A stretch of DNA of 59,933 bases, the filler included, from Sphacelaria rigidula (taxonomy: Eukaryota): assembly GCA_964200075.2 (NCBI GenBank). It is 6 parts of 6 records of this genome, joined end to end, with 100 filler letters (N's around TTAATTAATTAA, not from the genome) between each part and the next. Parts side by side here need not be neighbours in the genome. Positions count along the whole stretch, not along the records: positions 30,019 to 39,923 come from CAXNAA020007514.1; positions 40,024 to 49,928 come from CAXNAA020007515.1; 4 more parts are not named here. The stretch is one strand, 5' to 3'. Below the pieces are notes generated by a model. It was not told where the DNA came from, made no database searches, and saw nothing but the letters and a program-made list of their open reading frames with translations. Position numbers and translations under genes: made by a program. Numbering within the stretch: the stretch's first letter is position 1; each line of letters begins with the position of its first letter. Shown piece by piece: positions 34,288 through 47,609 of this stretch.

Positions 34288-36989
34288 CGTACATGTGTAT
34301 GGGACTTGTGTAGCAGGTGAAGCTGTTCAAGATGGATCCTTTTTTTTCCCAGTTCAACTGGGCAAAAAAATGATCTATTTCGAGTAGCTTTTTAAGCTCT
34401 CCGAAATATGTCCTCTTTTGCCCGATTGCCCAATTGGGAATAAGGCAAAAAAGAGGAATTATTTCGAACAGCTTCTCTACATAAATAAATGTATTTATGT
34501 ATATTGTAACAGAAAAAAAATGAAAATTTCAAATTGGGAGTGCCTCTCCACAGGGTTGGTTACAGGGTCTCGAGAAACACGCTACACAAAATGCTGGTAG
34601 AGGTACTAAGGTTTGCAAAGGATGTACAGGGGTTTTCAAGACTGCGAAGAACCCTGTGCAGCACGTCCTACAAGGTGCTATCTGCCCACGTGTGGACGCA
34701 CGTGTGTTCTTGTATTATTGTGCTGTGTACTGTATTATGCTGTGTGTGCGCCGTATGCCCGGTTATTCGATCATACTTTGCTTCCACCTCATTGTATTTT
34801 AGTGTCTAACGGCTGTTTTGCTCGGCATGCTGAAGTGTGTATGGGTGTATATTTTCCCTTACTGGTTCATATTGACATTGTGTCTCCTGTAATGCTCTGT
34901 TGATAGTTGTACCCGTTGTTTGATGCTCACTCGACTATGTGCTTGGCGCCGACATTTTTCTCAAGTTCGGACCGGAAAAAACCTTCCATCAACCTCTCAA
35001 TTGTTTGTGTCCCTTTTGTGGCTTTCGTTGAACTAAATGTGCTTCGGAAACGATTTGGCGCATGTACGGACTCTGTGTGTGATGTTCTACTTCTTTGTGT
35101 CTTGTGGCATGGCCCAAAACATATGAACAGGTGTGGGTTTCGGTGCGCGAACAACAACCGCACTTCGGAGTACGATGGCTACAGCACCTACTAGATCGGC
35201 GCCCTGACCTTGTGTACCGCGCCCTGCAGCTTGATAAGCGAGACAACTGGGACATGCTCGGCTACAGGAACATGGGTGAGCGAAACACGCAATATATGCC
35301 CAATGTACATGCCGAAGCTCAGCAGACTCGTCAGATTATGTTCATCAAACTGAATGGAGACATTGCGTGCAGGCTTGGATACCCAGTGGCTATGATGTCC
35401 GTAGGCTGTTGTGAGACCAAGGAGAGAAGCTCAATCAATATGACGAGTCTACGGTGTCTGGCACATCTTTCTGTTTGCTGTTCGCCTGTGATTTAGTTTG
35501 ATTCGATACCCCCCAAAACGCGTCGCTGCTGCCACGACCCTGTCGTGCGAGTCACGCCTAACGGTGACTGGTCTGCACTTCGACAGGTATGAACAGAACT
35601 TTACAAGATTGTACGGGACGGCAATAAACTCCGCGTTGCTGTCTGTGGTGTGCTGCGGTACAATACTGTACTGCTTCTGGGGACGGGTGATGAAACCATC
35701 CCGCTCTGGTTGTATGTGAGTGTTTGACGTTGTGAGACCATGTCTTATCGAGATGGAGACGAGAAGTAGACAAAAAGAGCAAGCAACGATCGTGTCTGCC
35801 CACGATGATCAGGGCAGGTCCTCATCAGAGGAACAAAACGACAACACCAAAGCAATATTTCAGGGGAAATCGGTGTTCCCTTCAAGGCTGGACACAACCT
35901 CTAGCGGAGCTGAGATCGCCACAGGCACCACAACGGGTGTGACTGAAATATGTGACTGGAGCCTGCTACCTCTGCGTAACCGATCCCAAATGAACAAGCG
36001 CAGGTACCTACAACACAAGCGCATCACGCCTGATACTAACTGTTTCTCGTCTGTAAACATTGGGGTTTGACGGCAATCTGCTCGTCAGTATTAGAGGGGC
36101 GAGTGTATGTGTCACAAACGTTGCTGACGATGGAGTCGTGGGCCGTTGGTGTGTGTGTTATTCGGCGTACGCATGGTAGAAATCATCGTGTCTCATTCAG
36201 CCTTGGCCGCGAACGGCGAAAAAGCTGTTACCCACGGTAGAGAGCAGTTGTTTTAGGGTTGGGAGGCGTTCATTACCATGCCTTCACAATCTCGTAGATC
36301 TGGCATCCGCTTTAGCTGAAAAAGTGGATATCAACCTACCTGTTGCGTGAGATGGACCGTGAGGTGCTGATTAGTTGCGAATACACGACATACATGATAC
36401 CCTGACAGGTTGTTTGGACTAGCTGTCTTGCTTATGTAGCTACTGTAGTGTGTTTGCTCACACACCTGCTTACCCCATAACACAACCCTGTTAGGACGGG
36501 ATTCCCAGAAACATGGGGTTTGCACGGAGGGCCCTTTGTGGGAATGGGCATCATTTTGACTTCAACACAAGAACGATCCTGCATGTAAACCCCATGTTTT
36601 TGGGAATCCCGTTCCGAAATGGTTGTGTGATGAGGTAAGCAGGTGTGTGAGCAACCGCACTGGCTAGATAGGCAGGGCATTTGCTTCGGTTCAAGAATTC
36701 TGGTATTATGTGTTGTCCCGTTTCTACGTACGGCAGTGTCTCACTAGAATTACCGCAAATTAAAATGCCTGCAACCAAAAACAAATCGAACTCAATGCGG
36801 TATGCACTCGGTGCATTTTTTGTCCCCATCAACTCATCAACCACTACATACTATTAATCAGGCTAACCCGAAAATCGACGCTGACGATTATGTTATTACT
36901 ATCCCCTGCGGAGCTATCCACCTCTCCCCCATTAGGCGAGCCTGATTGACATTCGAGTATCTTGTTAAGCCCTAACGTGTAACATCTGG

Positions 36990-38015
36990 CTACCCTACTT
37001 GCTGTTCTCCTAGCGCTACGGAGACGCCCTCTGCGCCCTCCCCCGCCTCCCTGACGTAAACCATAAACGCCCTCGACTTCCACCGTCCTGCTCGTTGAAT
37101 CTGTAGTTCGGAGATTCCTCGAGCCGCTAGTTGCGTGGCCCCGCCGATCCTGCCTGAGTGTAAGGCGTATTCGGACGGGTCTCTACCCGCACGGCTGACC
37201 ATGGTTCTTAACGCTGTCACTGCTTCAATCCGAGTAAAAGCCTTCCATCCCGTCGGCGAGGCTCTCGTGGTCAGGGGGGCGTGGCCTGGCAGTTGTGGGT
37301 GCACGTCCAACAAGTCCAAAAGCGCCTCGAACGCGCCCGCCTGTACTCCGCCCGATCGCACCGAATCAATGATCCTTGTTCTCGTTATGATGCAACCTGT
37401 CCTTTTTTGATCGGATTTGGAGGCAACGAAGTGAATCTTCACTTGGTTCGCAAACGCGCGGTTCGCAAAATCTAACTGTACGTCTTCCCGGAAAAAACTG
37501 ATGCAATTGCGGGTTAAGCAGAATTCTGGGTGGACGGTACCGTCGGGGTACGCCCACAACTCGGATGCCCTGCACAGCAAAAAATACGAGAGCGCGAGGC
37601 CAAGCCACATGATGTGACCCCCGTCCGGGTCCTCGGTTATTGTCTGTCGTCCTTGTTTTAGCAAATCCCAAGTCAACGGCCGCCTGATGTGCGGTTTTCC
37701 TTGAGTCGATGCGTGAGCTCTATCGATCCCTTTTCCTACAGCCCTAATCCTGCCGTGCGTTGTAGGTAAGTCCCATCCGACATACACTTTATGGAAATAC
37801 TTGATAGCGGCTAGGTAACCTCTTATGGTGGAGTGTTGGTTGTTGTGCACGAAACATCGCATAGCCATGAACTCGGTCAGTGCATTGATCACGTCGTCCG
37901 GTTCATCGGTTTCGGTCAACCAGGGTGATTTTCCCTGTGCATAGCGCATCTTTTCCCACACTCCAAAACGCGCTTTATACGTCCTGTGGGTGCTACCCCC
38001 AACGCCCCCCAGCAC
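36990..38015 (-). CDS. Tyrosine recombinase of the retrotransposon
   Basis: 341 aa; catalytic LCRASE (R), SKSDQ (K), HSGRIGG (HxxR), GRWKS, MVYVR (Y); frame open up to 38135 without an in-frame ATG. Confidence 0.92.
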   Translation of the reverse strand: MLGGVGGSTHRTYKARFGVWEKMRYAQGKSPWLTETDEPDDVINALTEFMAMRCFVHNNQHSTIRGYLAAIKYFHKVYVGWDLPTTHGRIRAVGKGIDRAHASTQGKPHIRRPLTWDLLKQGRQTITEDPDGGHIMWLGLALSYFLLCRASELWAYPDGTVHPEFCLTRNCISFFREDVQLDFANRAFANQVKIHFVASKSDQKRTGCIITRTRIIDSVRSGGVQAGAFEALLDLLDVHPQLPGHAPLTTRASPTGWKAFTRIEAVTALRTMVSRAGRDPSEYALHSGRIGGATQLAARGISELQIQRAGRWKSRAFMVYVREAGEGAEGVSVALGEQQVG

Positions 38016-38231
38016 CAGCGCTTGAACTAAACGCGCTACTTCCTCCCTGCTGTGCCCCCCAGTTTCTCCTGTTGTTCCTGCGTTCAGGGGGGGGAGGAGG
38101 GGTGGGGGGGTGAGGTTGGGTGGTGGCTTGATGTCTCATCCGGTGACCTCATGACCGTCTCTATCGTATGTAGCGTGGTAGTCATTTTTCTATGTACTGT
38201 GCGTGACTGAGTACTCGATGTATAGATATTT

Positions 38232-39923
38232 TTATATGCTCATGCCTGGGTTGTGGTTGTTTTCGATGGCGATAATTTTGTTTTGTTGTTCGAGTATTAC
38301 ATCGTCACTCGGTTCCATCATGCGCGACCACAGCGTTTTGTCGTGTCGGACGGTGATATTCTTGGTTTTTAGGATGGTGTGGAAGATGCTCTCTCCCCGT
38401 GGGCCGATGGCTTGTTCTGACCAGTTATTGTCGTGGGTGTGCTCCCTTACTCGTCTGGCTAGCTCTGCGCGTGGCCAGCGTGAAATTCCATCCGCGAGTA
38501 CGTTTTGAATCCCTTGAATGTGTTTTGCCTCGTGGCTCCACCCCCCCGTGATTTCCAGCCTCCCGAGGGTTCTCATGAGTAACCCTGCGCGTTTATCTTT
38601 TGCACCCCCGCACCGGTTGACCCACGTGACTGCCGCTACGTTGTCCCCGCGCATTAAGATTGTGTCGCCTTGATTTTCGGGTTTGTCGTTTACCAATTCG
38701 AGCATGACCCAAGCGGTGACTACCATCCCCAGGAGTTGCAAGAGGTTAATCGTGATAGTGCATGTTTCGCGAAGTTGAGCTTTTCTTTTGAGTTCTGTGG
38801 TAAGTTCCGGTGGTAAGTCGTATCTCCAGTATGTCTTTTTTTCTGGGCAGTAGCCGCCTACGGCTTCGAAGCTTGCGTCCGAGAGGTAGTGTCGGTGGGG
38901 AGGTCGCTTTACTATGGAGTAATAGGGTGCACTCAGAGACTCACCATGCTGCAGTAGGTTTTTCTCGATCGCCCACTTCCAAAAGTTCAGGTCGGCGTGA
39001 AATTCTTTTCCTCCCTCTACTACGCGGCTCTGGTTGTCTCTCGCTCTAGAATCGTGGAGCCCCGCAAGTCGCAGAGTCCTCCATACGAAATATTTACCTG
39101 GTCGCATTGCGTATGTGAGGTTCCACAGCGTTCCTGCCAGGCTCAATATTTCTCGAACAGTCGCTGAGCGTCGAGTGGGGGGCCATTCGGTTAGCAACAT
39201 CTGTCGGAGCGCCACGACCTTCTCGCGGGGTACGGAAACCCGCATGGTGTGTGAGTTAATGGTCAGGCCCAACGCCTCTATCTCGGTATCCCAATCTGTA
39301 CTCTTTTTGGGGGCTAGAATAGGTGTCTCGCCTTCTTCTCCGTTGCCGAAGAGTCTAACGTGGTCGGATGCGAGGGACGCGGACGCGATCAATGCACACG
39401 TGTCGTCGTCGGAGTGCTGTACGCGAATCTGCAGATAGTCGTCTACGTACACTGCCGTGAAGAAATTGTCATGTAAGCCTCCTGCTGGGTGTGGGGTGGT
39501 CGTAGAATCTTTTTGGAATTGGTGTGGGGTCCCCCGTTTCCCACCTATCGACTATCTTTACGTGATTTGTCATCTCCTTGCCTTCTGGCAGTAGAACTGC
39601 GTTGTCGATGTTTGTGTTACAGTGGGCGTGTTCTACCGCCGATGCTAATACTCCCCAGAAACCTGGCGAGCCTGACCAACCGAACGTGAGCCAGAAGTCA
39701 CACACGATTAGGTTGTCCACAACGTAACCGAATTGATGGGCGTGGTCTGGATCTATCCTCACATTACGGAACGCATCCGATACGTCTGCCTTTGCCATCA
39801 GAATGCGTTTTTTGGGGTATTTTTTTCGCAACGGAATGAGCTCTATGAGGAACTTCTGCAACGCTTCTCCGCAGAGACAGGCCGGTACGTCTTCAGAGTT
39901 TGTGTCACCGTTCACCCTTCCTT
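38232..39923 (-). pseudogene. RT-RNase H ORF of the YR retrotransposon with one +1 frameshift
   Basis: RT motifs AKADVSDAFRNV, LTFGWSGSPGFW, YVDD (39449-39438); removing one A from the A5 run at 39510-39514 joins ORFs 39469-39915 and 38232-39452; RNase H motifs SDAS, INLLQLLG, GDN, NVLADGISR. Confidence 0.88.
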
Positions 39924-40372
39924 NNNNNNNNNNNNNNNNNNNNNNNNNNNNNNNNNNNNNNNNNNNNTTAATTAATTAANNNNNNNNNNNNNNNNNNNNN
40001 NNNNNNNNNNNNNNNNNNNNNNNCGCAGCACTGGTCGTTGTGGGGGCAATCACTTCTCCAAAAGTGATTTTTTGAAAAGTGACAATCACTTCTGATGAGA
40101 CCCCGCCTGAGGCGGCGTCTATAGCGTTCTGCACAGCTGGCATATCACCACGAATCTTCGTATGATCGATAACAACCGATTATGGAAATTGAGGATGAAG
40201 TTTTTTATTGAGGATGATGACTCCGTTAATGAAAATATCCATACCCACATCGATATCTCGAAATATTGCTGCATTCCTTCACGCTGTTGGCAATTACTGC
40301 ACGCCATACAACTTTGGAATCCAAGAACACAATTTTTGGGGTCCTACCAAGGGTATGTCGGGAGGAGACTTG

Positions 40373-40511
40373 CAGGGCTATACACGATACACGTTCCATA
40401 GTGTTACACGTTACGTTCACGTTACGTTTTGGCCGAAACGAAACGTGAACTTGATTTTTTTTTACGTGATGAACGTAACGTGAACGTGAACGTGTAACGT
40501 GTATAGCCCTG
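40373..40511. mobile_element. hAT-type MITE
   Basis: TIR CAGGGCTATACACG; internal ACGT-rich repeats; degenerate TSD gagacttg/gagatttt. Confidence 0.72.
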
Positions 40512-42159
40512 GAGATTTTCGGACGTGGAGCCCCCCCCTCCTCCCTCCCAGAGGACATTTTTTCGAAATTCGTCATGACTTTCTTTCATTTGTTTCGTTA
40601 ATATTATTGAAGAAATTTATCAAGAAACACTGACAAAAACCGAAAAGTCTGGTGGGTTTCGCGTGTTCGTATATTTGCTTTTGCTCCTTGCCCGCTCTAC
40701 TGTCTTGATGATCTCGGATCCCGGCCACCCTCACACACATCTATGCACACGAGCGCACGGTAGCAACAGCTTGCAGCCAAAGCAGCAACTGTTTCTTACA
40801 CCTCGCCAAGCTTGCCCGGACTACTGATGGGTGCTCGAGGCCCACGACAAGGATAACTGTAGACGGTAGCTGACCGCACCCGTCAACGCCTCGACAATAA
40901 GCTGGGGGACAGCAAGCTGGGTACCCCCCCCCCTCCCCCCTCAAAAACTCGAACTTTCGATCTTGGGGCCTACATGTCCGGAAATATATTTTCGGCAGAC
41001 CCTTGGTCCTGCGTGATTTTTTTTTCTGGGGGAGGGCGTACTCATTTGTTGCTTGCCTTAGTCGTTTGATCATTGACCACGCGGGGAAGGATGCAGGTGA
41101 TCAAAACGGAACACCTGACTCCCATCCTCCACGTCGAGGATCACCCGTTCAAAGTGCTGAACGCTGGAGGAACATCGGATTATGTTCTTGATCTCGTAAC
41201 CCTTCATATCTTCCCCACCGAACTTCCGCCTGCACCACACCGGACAGTCGATGTGACTGCCCGACCCTTCGAAGCAAACACTGGCGCAGTTTACGCGGTA
41301 TCATCCATTTATTTCCGACAGCTTACAGTCTCGCTGACGACACAAGGAATCGGCAGAACGTGAGTGTGCGTTATACCATGCGCGGCGATCCCGGAAGCAC
41401 GCTTCATGCGCCGCCCCAGCGACAACGACAAGCACATGTCTGTAACGTCTTTCATACTGGCGGGTAATGTTGACTGTTGCATGTATGGGTGCGGGAGAAG
41501 ATATTCCTCACGCTTGAAACACGCGACGCAAATACTACCTGCTCGATTTGGATACCACCTCCATATGACTCGATGGATTTTTATGACGCACCTCACATGT
41601 TGTAACACCTCTCACCGAGATGGCAATATCTCGACGCACACGGTAGCTATCGACACAAATCAAATTGCTCTGGGTACAGAAAACTTGGACCTACCAGTCC
41701 TGCACTTCCTGGCGGCCAACACTCTTGTCGCAAAATTAGAAGTAGGGGTGAAGTGAGGATCGTCTACTGCAGATACTGCACTGTGTCGACACGCAATTGG
41801 AGCCTGCTAAGGCTTGAACGACGATTAGGCTCTAGTTGTATCTGCCTGTAAAGTTTCGGCTCGGTGACGTTCGTCAGTAGCGAGTGATCTTTGGTCGCAT
41901 GAAGGACGGGCATGTTGGAAAATGACATTTTTGCTTGTACAAATGTTCCAACTTTTTCGAGGGGTATCCATCGCCGGTTTGTGAGCTGTACTGGGTGGCA
42001 TTGAGCCAGACTGCAATGAGAAGGTAGATTCAGATACATACTATAGTTTTATATCGCTTTCGTTGCGATATAGCCCTCTGTAAACTTCTTTGACTTCGTC
42101 GCGTCTTCATTTTCGGGATGGTGGTGGGAAACGTGACACTAACCCCCGGCGTAACACTG

Positions 42160-42490
42160 CTTTTTCCGGAAGTATGCCGTAGTGTGGAATAGGGCAAAGT
42201 CCATACAGATACACCGAAAAGAGACATCAAGAGTGAAAACTGCTGCGACGTACGCTGCTCTACTTTTCCCCCGAAGTGTGTCCTACAATAGAATAGGGCA
42301 AAGTCCATACAGATACACCTAAAAAAGACACCAAGATTGAAAGCTGCTGCGACGTACAGGTATGTTGCTCTATTTTTTTCCCGAAGTGTGTCTCATAATA
42401 GAATAGGGCAAAGTCCATCCAGATACACCTGAAAGAGACACCAAGATTGAAAACTACTGCGACGTACGCTGCTCTTCTCTTCCCCCCGCA
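42160..42490. repeat. Minisatellite, 3 x 104-110 bp
   Basis: TAGGGCAAAGTCCAT at 42190, 42294, 42404. Confidence 0.9.
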
Positions 42491-45395
42491 GCTGGGCAAT
42501 GCATATCAGATATAGGCAGTATTTGCTCTATGAATTCCAACACGCGTTCGGTGCGCTGCCGATGCAGCAACAGCATTTATTTGTCTGTACGGCAAAAGCG
42601 AAGTCCAACGACAACAAGAGCGATGCAGCATGCTCGATGAACGAAATCCGTTGTGCAGCGAGGTGAAATGAGGTGATACAAAGTATCATCCCCGTGCACG
42701 AAAAGTAAGCAGCAGACGCAATGAATTAGTCAAGTCTTGCATACCTATAGTATCTTTTTACTTCCGTGATTTCTTTCTCCCTCGCGATCTCGCGCACGCA
42801 ACCACGCGGACGAGCCGCCGCCCGTCTCATCCGCAAACCGGCGGAGAAACCGCACTCTGAAGTCATGGAACTATACCTTACGTACTGCCACAGGAATACA
42901 AGTAGCCGCTAGTCAATGCAAGGCTATTGTTATACTCTATCGTGCAACAAATCGATCGCCCCGGTAGCCGGTCGCTCACTTGGTAGCCTCGATTCCTTCT
43001 GAGACGGTTGGGTTGTGGGTTCGAATTTCTGTGCAGTCACACGATCTGGGTTTTTTTCTCAGACAATGCCCGACAGTACAGTGTGTGATGTGTGTGTTGT
43101 CGTCCCTTCTATTTTGGGCGCCGGTCTACACCTTCGGTATATGTGGGTGCACCAGCCGGGGTCACACAGGAGGAAGGTCAACACAGACAGTACAGTGGAG
43201 CGACTATTTATGTCGTAGATCTGCGTAGATACAGAAAAAAAAAGTCTACTTCATGATCGACGCGGGAACGGGATTGCCAAACCCCTCTCGCGATAAAGAA
43301 ATATAATAATCAAGGCAAGCACCGCGCGCGCACAAGGAACGTGGAGCACTAACACGAAATAGAAAGACACAAAAAAACTAATGATTGGGCTTTCTCCTCT
43401 GTGACCCTGCAGCGTTCGCTCGCTGTCTGCATCGAGCAATAGTTTGATAAAATTGGCAGCCAGTCCACTATACGATTGAGAATGAGAAGCGGTCAATTAA
43501 TTGATGAATGATTAGTTTCAGTTCCGAAATGCCACCCTGGGCCTTAAATATATATATATATATACATATATATACCTTTTTCAAGAGTACGAGTAGCTGG
43601 CCACTGCATCAGCCTTTCAAATCCCTGAGAACGGTATCCATGTGTGGCGGTAGGCATACGACAACAACAATAGTATACAACAGTGTGACAAGAAAAAGCA
43701 CCCACGAAATGAAAAAAATGGTCACGTTCCTACTGTAGTACAGAGTACCCGTATACTGTACAGTACTGTTGTAGAGCGGATCACAATACTCACCCTCAAC
43801 CAACGCACAACTCTCAATCTCTCACGAAGACATGACTCGAGACATGATATCATCGTCGGATCTTCTAGGGGTCTGCGGGCAAACCAGCAGGGGGCTACAA
43901 TTTCTCGGTGGTTGGGTTTCGGCCTTCTGGCCCGCGGCTGTATTTCACAACAAAATGGATATGGTTTTGACTTTCCGGCGTATCGTCTGCGGAGCCGGCG
44001 GTACCGTCACAACTTGATTTACCATTAGACCGCGAGGTTAGTCTTCTGCTGAATCGGCATCAGTTTCAAGAAAAAAAAGTATGCATAATCCAGAAAGACT
44101 AATCTTCTCGCGGTCTAAGGGTCAAAGGAGAATAAGGGTAGACACACTTACTTGATGAAAGGGTCTGCACGCGTTTACAAAAAGGGTAGGCGATCATTTC
44201 TGAGCAAAGACGAGAGCGTACTATTATATTCTCTCACAGGACCCTCCTGGTTGTTTGGTTACAAAAAGGGGTTATACTATTCTCTCACAGGTGTGAGTGA
44301 GCCTGCAGCAGATAGCACACGTGAAAATAGAAAAAAAATGGTCAGGCATGCTGCTCAGATACCTTGTGCGTGGGGCTGAGGCAATGGAGTGCGGTTTTGA
44401 CACGCTCAGCCCGCGTGTAGCGCCGCACCCCAAACTGAATAAAAATGTGTTACCCATTATTGTTCCAATAGAATCAGGATGTTCTCTTTTTTGTATGCAT
44501 ATTGCACTAAAATCTTCGTATTCTCACATAATTTCTTCGAGATATACTACACGCCATAACAAATTTAGATTCCAATAACTGAAACCCTGGTCCTAGATCA
44601 TGAATCAACTAAATCCCCCAGAGTCTCGGGCATTTTTTAGCTGATTTACCAAGGTCCGAGGAAATAGGTGATTTACCCAGGATCCAAAATAAAATAAAAT
44701 AAAAACGATTATTATTAGAATCCGGGTTTCATATTTTATAGCGTACCCTTTATCGACCTGTTTCCGTGAAAGAATGCAACAACATTATTTCGAAGAAATA
44801 GTGTGGATACGAAGATCATAATTTTCCGGGTTATCGTTCTCAATGAGAAGCTCAGACCTCAAATTTCAAAATCTCTTTTAGCCCCGGATTCCCAGAAACA
44901 TGTGGTTTGCACACATGGGCCTTTGTGTGAATAGACGCTACAGTAATTTCCAGTGGTTTCCAACTAAATACTAAATACGAAGTATAATGGCGATTCCTGG
45001 AAACGCTCCTGGGTGCAGGTCACGTATTCCTGGGAGTCCCGAAAGGGTTAATGCATATTCACCGCGTAGCGGGTACCTGTAGTAAGTCCGTGTATGGTGA
45101 AGGCGGATGGATACGTCCATCGCTCTCTATCGCTCTTCGAACAACATCCCCCACCATGGGGGGGGGGCAAATGTCGAGTCAAATGTGAGAAGTCGGCACA
45201 TGCACACACCACCCCAGGAGGTGGGGTTTGGCAGGTGGGGTTTGGCCCAGGCCGAGCGTTTGCGTGATGGTTGTCGGTTGTCGTTGCGATATATACGGGG
45301 GTCAAAAACGCCAGGGCTGAGAAGATCGGGAAAAAAAATGGTGGGGATCAGAGGAGTGAATGGGTCGGACAGACAGACAGGCAGACAGACGCTGG

Positions 45396-45397
<2 letters not shown>

Positions 45398-45458
<61 letters not shown>
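45398..45458. repeat. (CA)n microsatellite upstream of the Zn-cluster gene; others: (AAT)n 23706-23776, 17-bp unit GGTTGGATTGTATGGAT 23045-23110
   Basis: Direct reading. Confidence 0.95.
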
Positions 45459-45461
<3 letters not shown>

Positions 45462-45847
45462 CGACGGACAGACGAATCTTGATTTTCTGTCATTCATAGA
45501 GAGCGTAACACTGGGTATACAGAGCTCCATGATTAGAAGGGTGTCGTCCGTCAAAATTAATGAAAATAACAAGGTCCCATGATGGGTGTTATTATCCGTA
45601 CTTGAGCTACGGGTACGAACAGCAATATATATCATGTGCCATTTCCTCTACGCACAGTACTACTGTATGTAAGTCGTTGTTGACAAGACGGAAAAACAGC
45701 GACAACAATAGTAAGGCAGGGGTACCATCAGTAGCAACAGCAAACGACGACGCCGACGACAACAGCAACAACGACGAAGCCGACGACGACCGTGACGACA
45801 ATTATAACAACGTCCACAATAAAACGACGACTATACAAACGGAAGAA

Positions 45848-46290
45848 ATGACATCTACGACAGGACAACGACAAGGTGGCAACGGCCATCAGGCAGAATC
45901 GTGGGCCGACTCGGGGGGCGTCCCGAGTGAGACGCGGCCTGCTGCTGCGGCCGTACATGTTGATAAATATGGCAACGATCACTTTGGTAGTGGCCGCATG
46001 GGCGCGGGTGTGCCGAGATCAGGTGGGGGGAGTAGCGGGGGCGAGGACGGAGACAGTCGATATAACTACACAGCGAATAGTGTTGAGGCTGTCCATCATA
46101 TCCCAGCAGCTGCTGATGTTACTTCTTCTACACAGGCACCGGCGGCACCAAGCAGTAACAGTAGTGTTGCACCATCCGTGCCAGATGTGGCAGTATCCAC
46201 GTCCAAGTCCAGAACGAGCTGTAGGTTCTGCACGCAAAGGAAAAAACGGTGCGATTACGTGGAGATCAACAACAAGAAACAACCATGCAC
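45848..46290 (+). CDS. Zn(II)2Cys6 binuclear-cluster transcription factor, exon 1 (start codon uncertain; frame open from 45560)
   Basis: Low-complexity N-terminus then SRTSCRFCTQRKKRCDYVEINNKKQPC(T)|gtgagt; four of the six Cys. Confidence 0.82.
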
Positions 46291-47609
46291 GTGAGTATTT
46301 ATTATGTGCTTCAATTGCTGCGTGCAGAACCTCGTGCGGCAGGATGGGAGGGGGGTTCAAGTCAGCCCAACACACCTGAGAGGGGCTTCCAAGCTGTTTG
46401 AATGTAGACTGACTTACCCTTCTACGTCATCTTTCTATCTAGCTAGCAGCGATGGATTCATGACAGACATCAAGTACAAAAAGGGAAAATATTTCTGAGC
46501 TGGATACGAAAATGTAGGGTATTGGGGGCGTCTTCCGGAAAGGCAAGCTGCCGTTAATAGTTTGACTTTGATGCGCGACAATCAGAACCACGATGTTTCC
46601 GGTCATGCGAGTTCAGGTGAACATGAGTTCTGGTGATGGGGGTGATGTTATACAGTATTCCCGAGGTCACCTTGACAAACTTCATGCATGATTCTGGTGA
46701 TGTGGGGATTAAATATTTGGCCTGATTCATATGCGGTAGTACTCCTTCATGTAATGAGACCTGTGTTCACTCTTCGCGTTTGATGCTACTGTTGTCTGCA
46801 CCGCACTACAGACGGTACAACACGGTGCAATACTGGCGCCGTGTCCGTGTACTTGTAGTACAGTATGCCCTCTTACTGCACTCTCCTAACCCGGCGCCTT
46901 TGCCTTCAAATGACTTGATAGCTTCGACGTTGTCGCACAGAAGACGGTGTTTGCCCTTCTCACCCCCTCGACGAATACGTCTTCTCATTCTGAGCAGGGC
47001 GGCTTTTTCCTCCGATGACCGTGATAAAAAACCATCAAAATAATGAAGGCTTCGATAAACACCAAACGTGAGGCGTAACCCCCTCCCGTTCCACCGTGGT
47101 GTAATCCGGACGGCAATGGGGAAATATGCACGCGCGTGCGCTGCACATATATGCACATGTTCCTCCCCACAAGTTCATCTACAGCACAAGTGTTCGAAGC
47201 CGCGGCGGAGATGCACGGTAGACAACATAGACGGTACAGAGCACGGTAGTGACGCGGAGCTACATGCGCATACACCTCCGAAAAAACAATTGCACTCCTT
47301 CAATCCTGTCTTCGCGCAAGGCCCATGCCGAAATGCCTAGCCCGCGACGGGTACGTTTCGACCCATACCCGCCACGCACACCAAGAAGTTGAGCCGGCTC
47401 TCATGATCACCGTGCCGGCACACACATGGGAACCGTGCCATGTGTTTCAGGGTATGGCTTGGGCTGCGGCCATTGTGCTGCTCGTCGGTGGTGACGGGCA
47501 TCATCTCTCACCTTTTGTGTATACTTGTTGACTATTTGTGAAAATATATATTTTTGCCGTGTCATTGTCTGTTCGTTCTCGTGTCTCTTGGGCGAACACT
47601 GCCGGGCAG

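Larger units (their letters stand above)
36845..39923 (-). mobile_element. DIRS/Ngaro-type tyrosine-recombinase retrotransposon, 5' part cut by the contig end
   Basis: RT, RNase H and YR domains in that order on one strand, no introns; 3' boundary approximate. Confidence 0.9.

Noticed and set aside
36990..38015. Phage or bacterial integrase, or a retron-like RT system
   Set aside because: It follows a DIRS-type RT-RNase H on the same strand, the standard YR-retrotransposon layout
41764..42039. Copia RT start (TEPKLYRQ)
   Set aside because: No downstream Copia RT motifs in the frame I followed
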